A stretch of 61,015 bases of DNA, counting the filler, from Trypethelium eluteriae (lineage: Eukaryota), in assembly GCA_051942245.1 (NCBI GenBank). It is 4 parts of 4 records of this genome, joined end to end, with 100 filler letters (N's around TTAATTAATTAA, not from the genome) between each part and the next. Parts side by side here need not be neighbours in the genome. Positions count along the whole stretch, not along the records: positions 45,903 to 61,015 come from JAVECL010000658.1; 3 more parts are not named here. One strand, 5' to 3'. This document shows positions 60,028 through 61,015 of this stretch, piece by piece. Under the pieces are notes generated by a model, which was not told the origin of the DNA, made no database searches, and was given only the letters and a program-made list of their open reading frames with translations. Each line of letters opens with the position of its first letter. Positions within the stretch are counted from its first letter, which is position 1. Position numbers and translations under genes: made by a program.

Positions 60028-61015
60028 ATGCTGTCTCGTTTCCAAATCCGCTTACCCAGCCGCAAACTCTTTTCAAGGCATACATTCTATAGGGTTCAAA
60101 GGACTTATGCTACTCAAACGCCGGAATTGTATGATGTAGTGTGCGTTGGAGGTGGGCCTGCTGGTCTGAGCCTCGTAACAGCTCTTCGTAGGTGGCTCAA
60201 TCGAGTCTGCTTCTTGAGTTTCTAATCTTGAAGTTTAATAGGAGCGTTAAGTGCAACATCGAAACTAAAAATCGCGCTGGTCGAAGGCCAAGATTTGTGT
60301 CGGAATCGATTGGAAAATGTTCCTAACACGGAGTATTCTAATCGATGTAGCTCACTGACACCAGCTTCATTGCATTTCTTGAAAGGTATGAGAGTGCTTT
60401 TCCGCAATCACAGAACTTTGTGGATTAATTCCTTGGCAGAGATTGGAGCATGGAACTACATCAATGCGTCACGCATCCAACCCTATCATTCAATGGAAGT
60501 CTGGGATGGCGTCAGCGATTCTCGCATATCCTTTGATTGGGCCTCAGTTGGCATGCCGGCAGCCAAGACTCCTGGAGAGGATTCTAATATCATCGCATAC
60601 ATGACAGAAAACACGAATCTCACCACGGCTCTACTCAAACGACTCGAGGAAGTCGGTGGCATCTCGATAATGGACAACACCCGAGTCTCAAACATCGAAC
60701 TCGGCCAAGACACCGACACCCTCGACCTCCGCTCCTGGCCCATCCTGACCCTCTCCAACGGACGCAGCATCGCCGTCCGCCTCCTCATCGGCAGCGACGG
60801 CGCCCAAAGCCCCGTCCGCAACTTCGCCGGCATCGAGTCTCGCGGATGGGACTACAACCGACACGGCCTCGTCGCTACACTCCGTCTCGCCGCTCCTAGC
60901 TTCTCCATCAATCCCCAAACCCAGCTACGGACCGCGTACCAGCGCTTCCTGCCCACGGGCCCCATCGCACTGCTCCCCCTCCCAGGGCCGTACGCAACCC
61001 TCGTGTGGTCCACCC
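60028..61015 (+). CDS. COQ6: Ubiquinone biosynthesis monooxygenase Coq6 (3'-truncated)
   Basis: Mitochondrial presequence, YDVVCVGGGPAGL, YSNRCSSLTP, MEVWDG, LLIGSDGAQSPVR, GWDY, AYQRFLPTGPIALLPL. Introns 60188-60241 and 60386-60439. Confidence 0.96.

Overview
Eukaryotic, intron-containing DNA from a filamentous ascomycete (Pezizomycotina). The window is not one locus. It is four separate contigs (1-15252, 15353-30580, 30681-45802, 45903-61015; lengths 15252/15228/15122/15113, i.e. size-sorted) joined by artificial 100-nt spacers (N44-TTAATTAATTAA-N44). Contigs 1 and 4 carry core genes: PRM1, a PHO87/91-type SPX phosphate transporter, VPS39, RPP0, TRM82, TRR1, MPH1, a GPI-anchored wall protein and COQ6. 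Contig 2 is accessory: a RIP-destroyed DUF3435 tyrosine recombinase (Starship captain type), a 276-bp hAT-like MITE with a perfect 8-bp target-site duplication, and a decaying secondary-metabolism group (methyltransferase::FAD-oxidase chimeric pseudogene, SDR, Zn2Cys6 factor, P450). Contig 3 has two adjacent enzymes ending in SKL, LCL3, and a head-to-head pair made of an NLR-like NACHT-C2H2-Tup1-like-WD40 gene and an atypical SNF2 helicase. That pair is my best candidate for an undescribed two-gene system. Other notable signals are non-AUG N-terminal extensions and uORFs (TRR1, phosphate transporter) and recurrent C-rich-to-G-rich skew switches inside core genes. All family assignments come from motif recognition by eye; no database searches were run.
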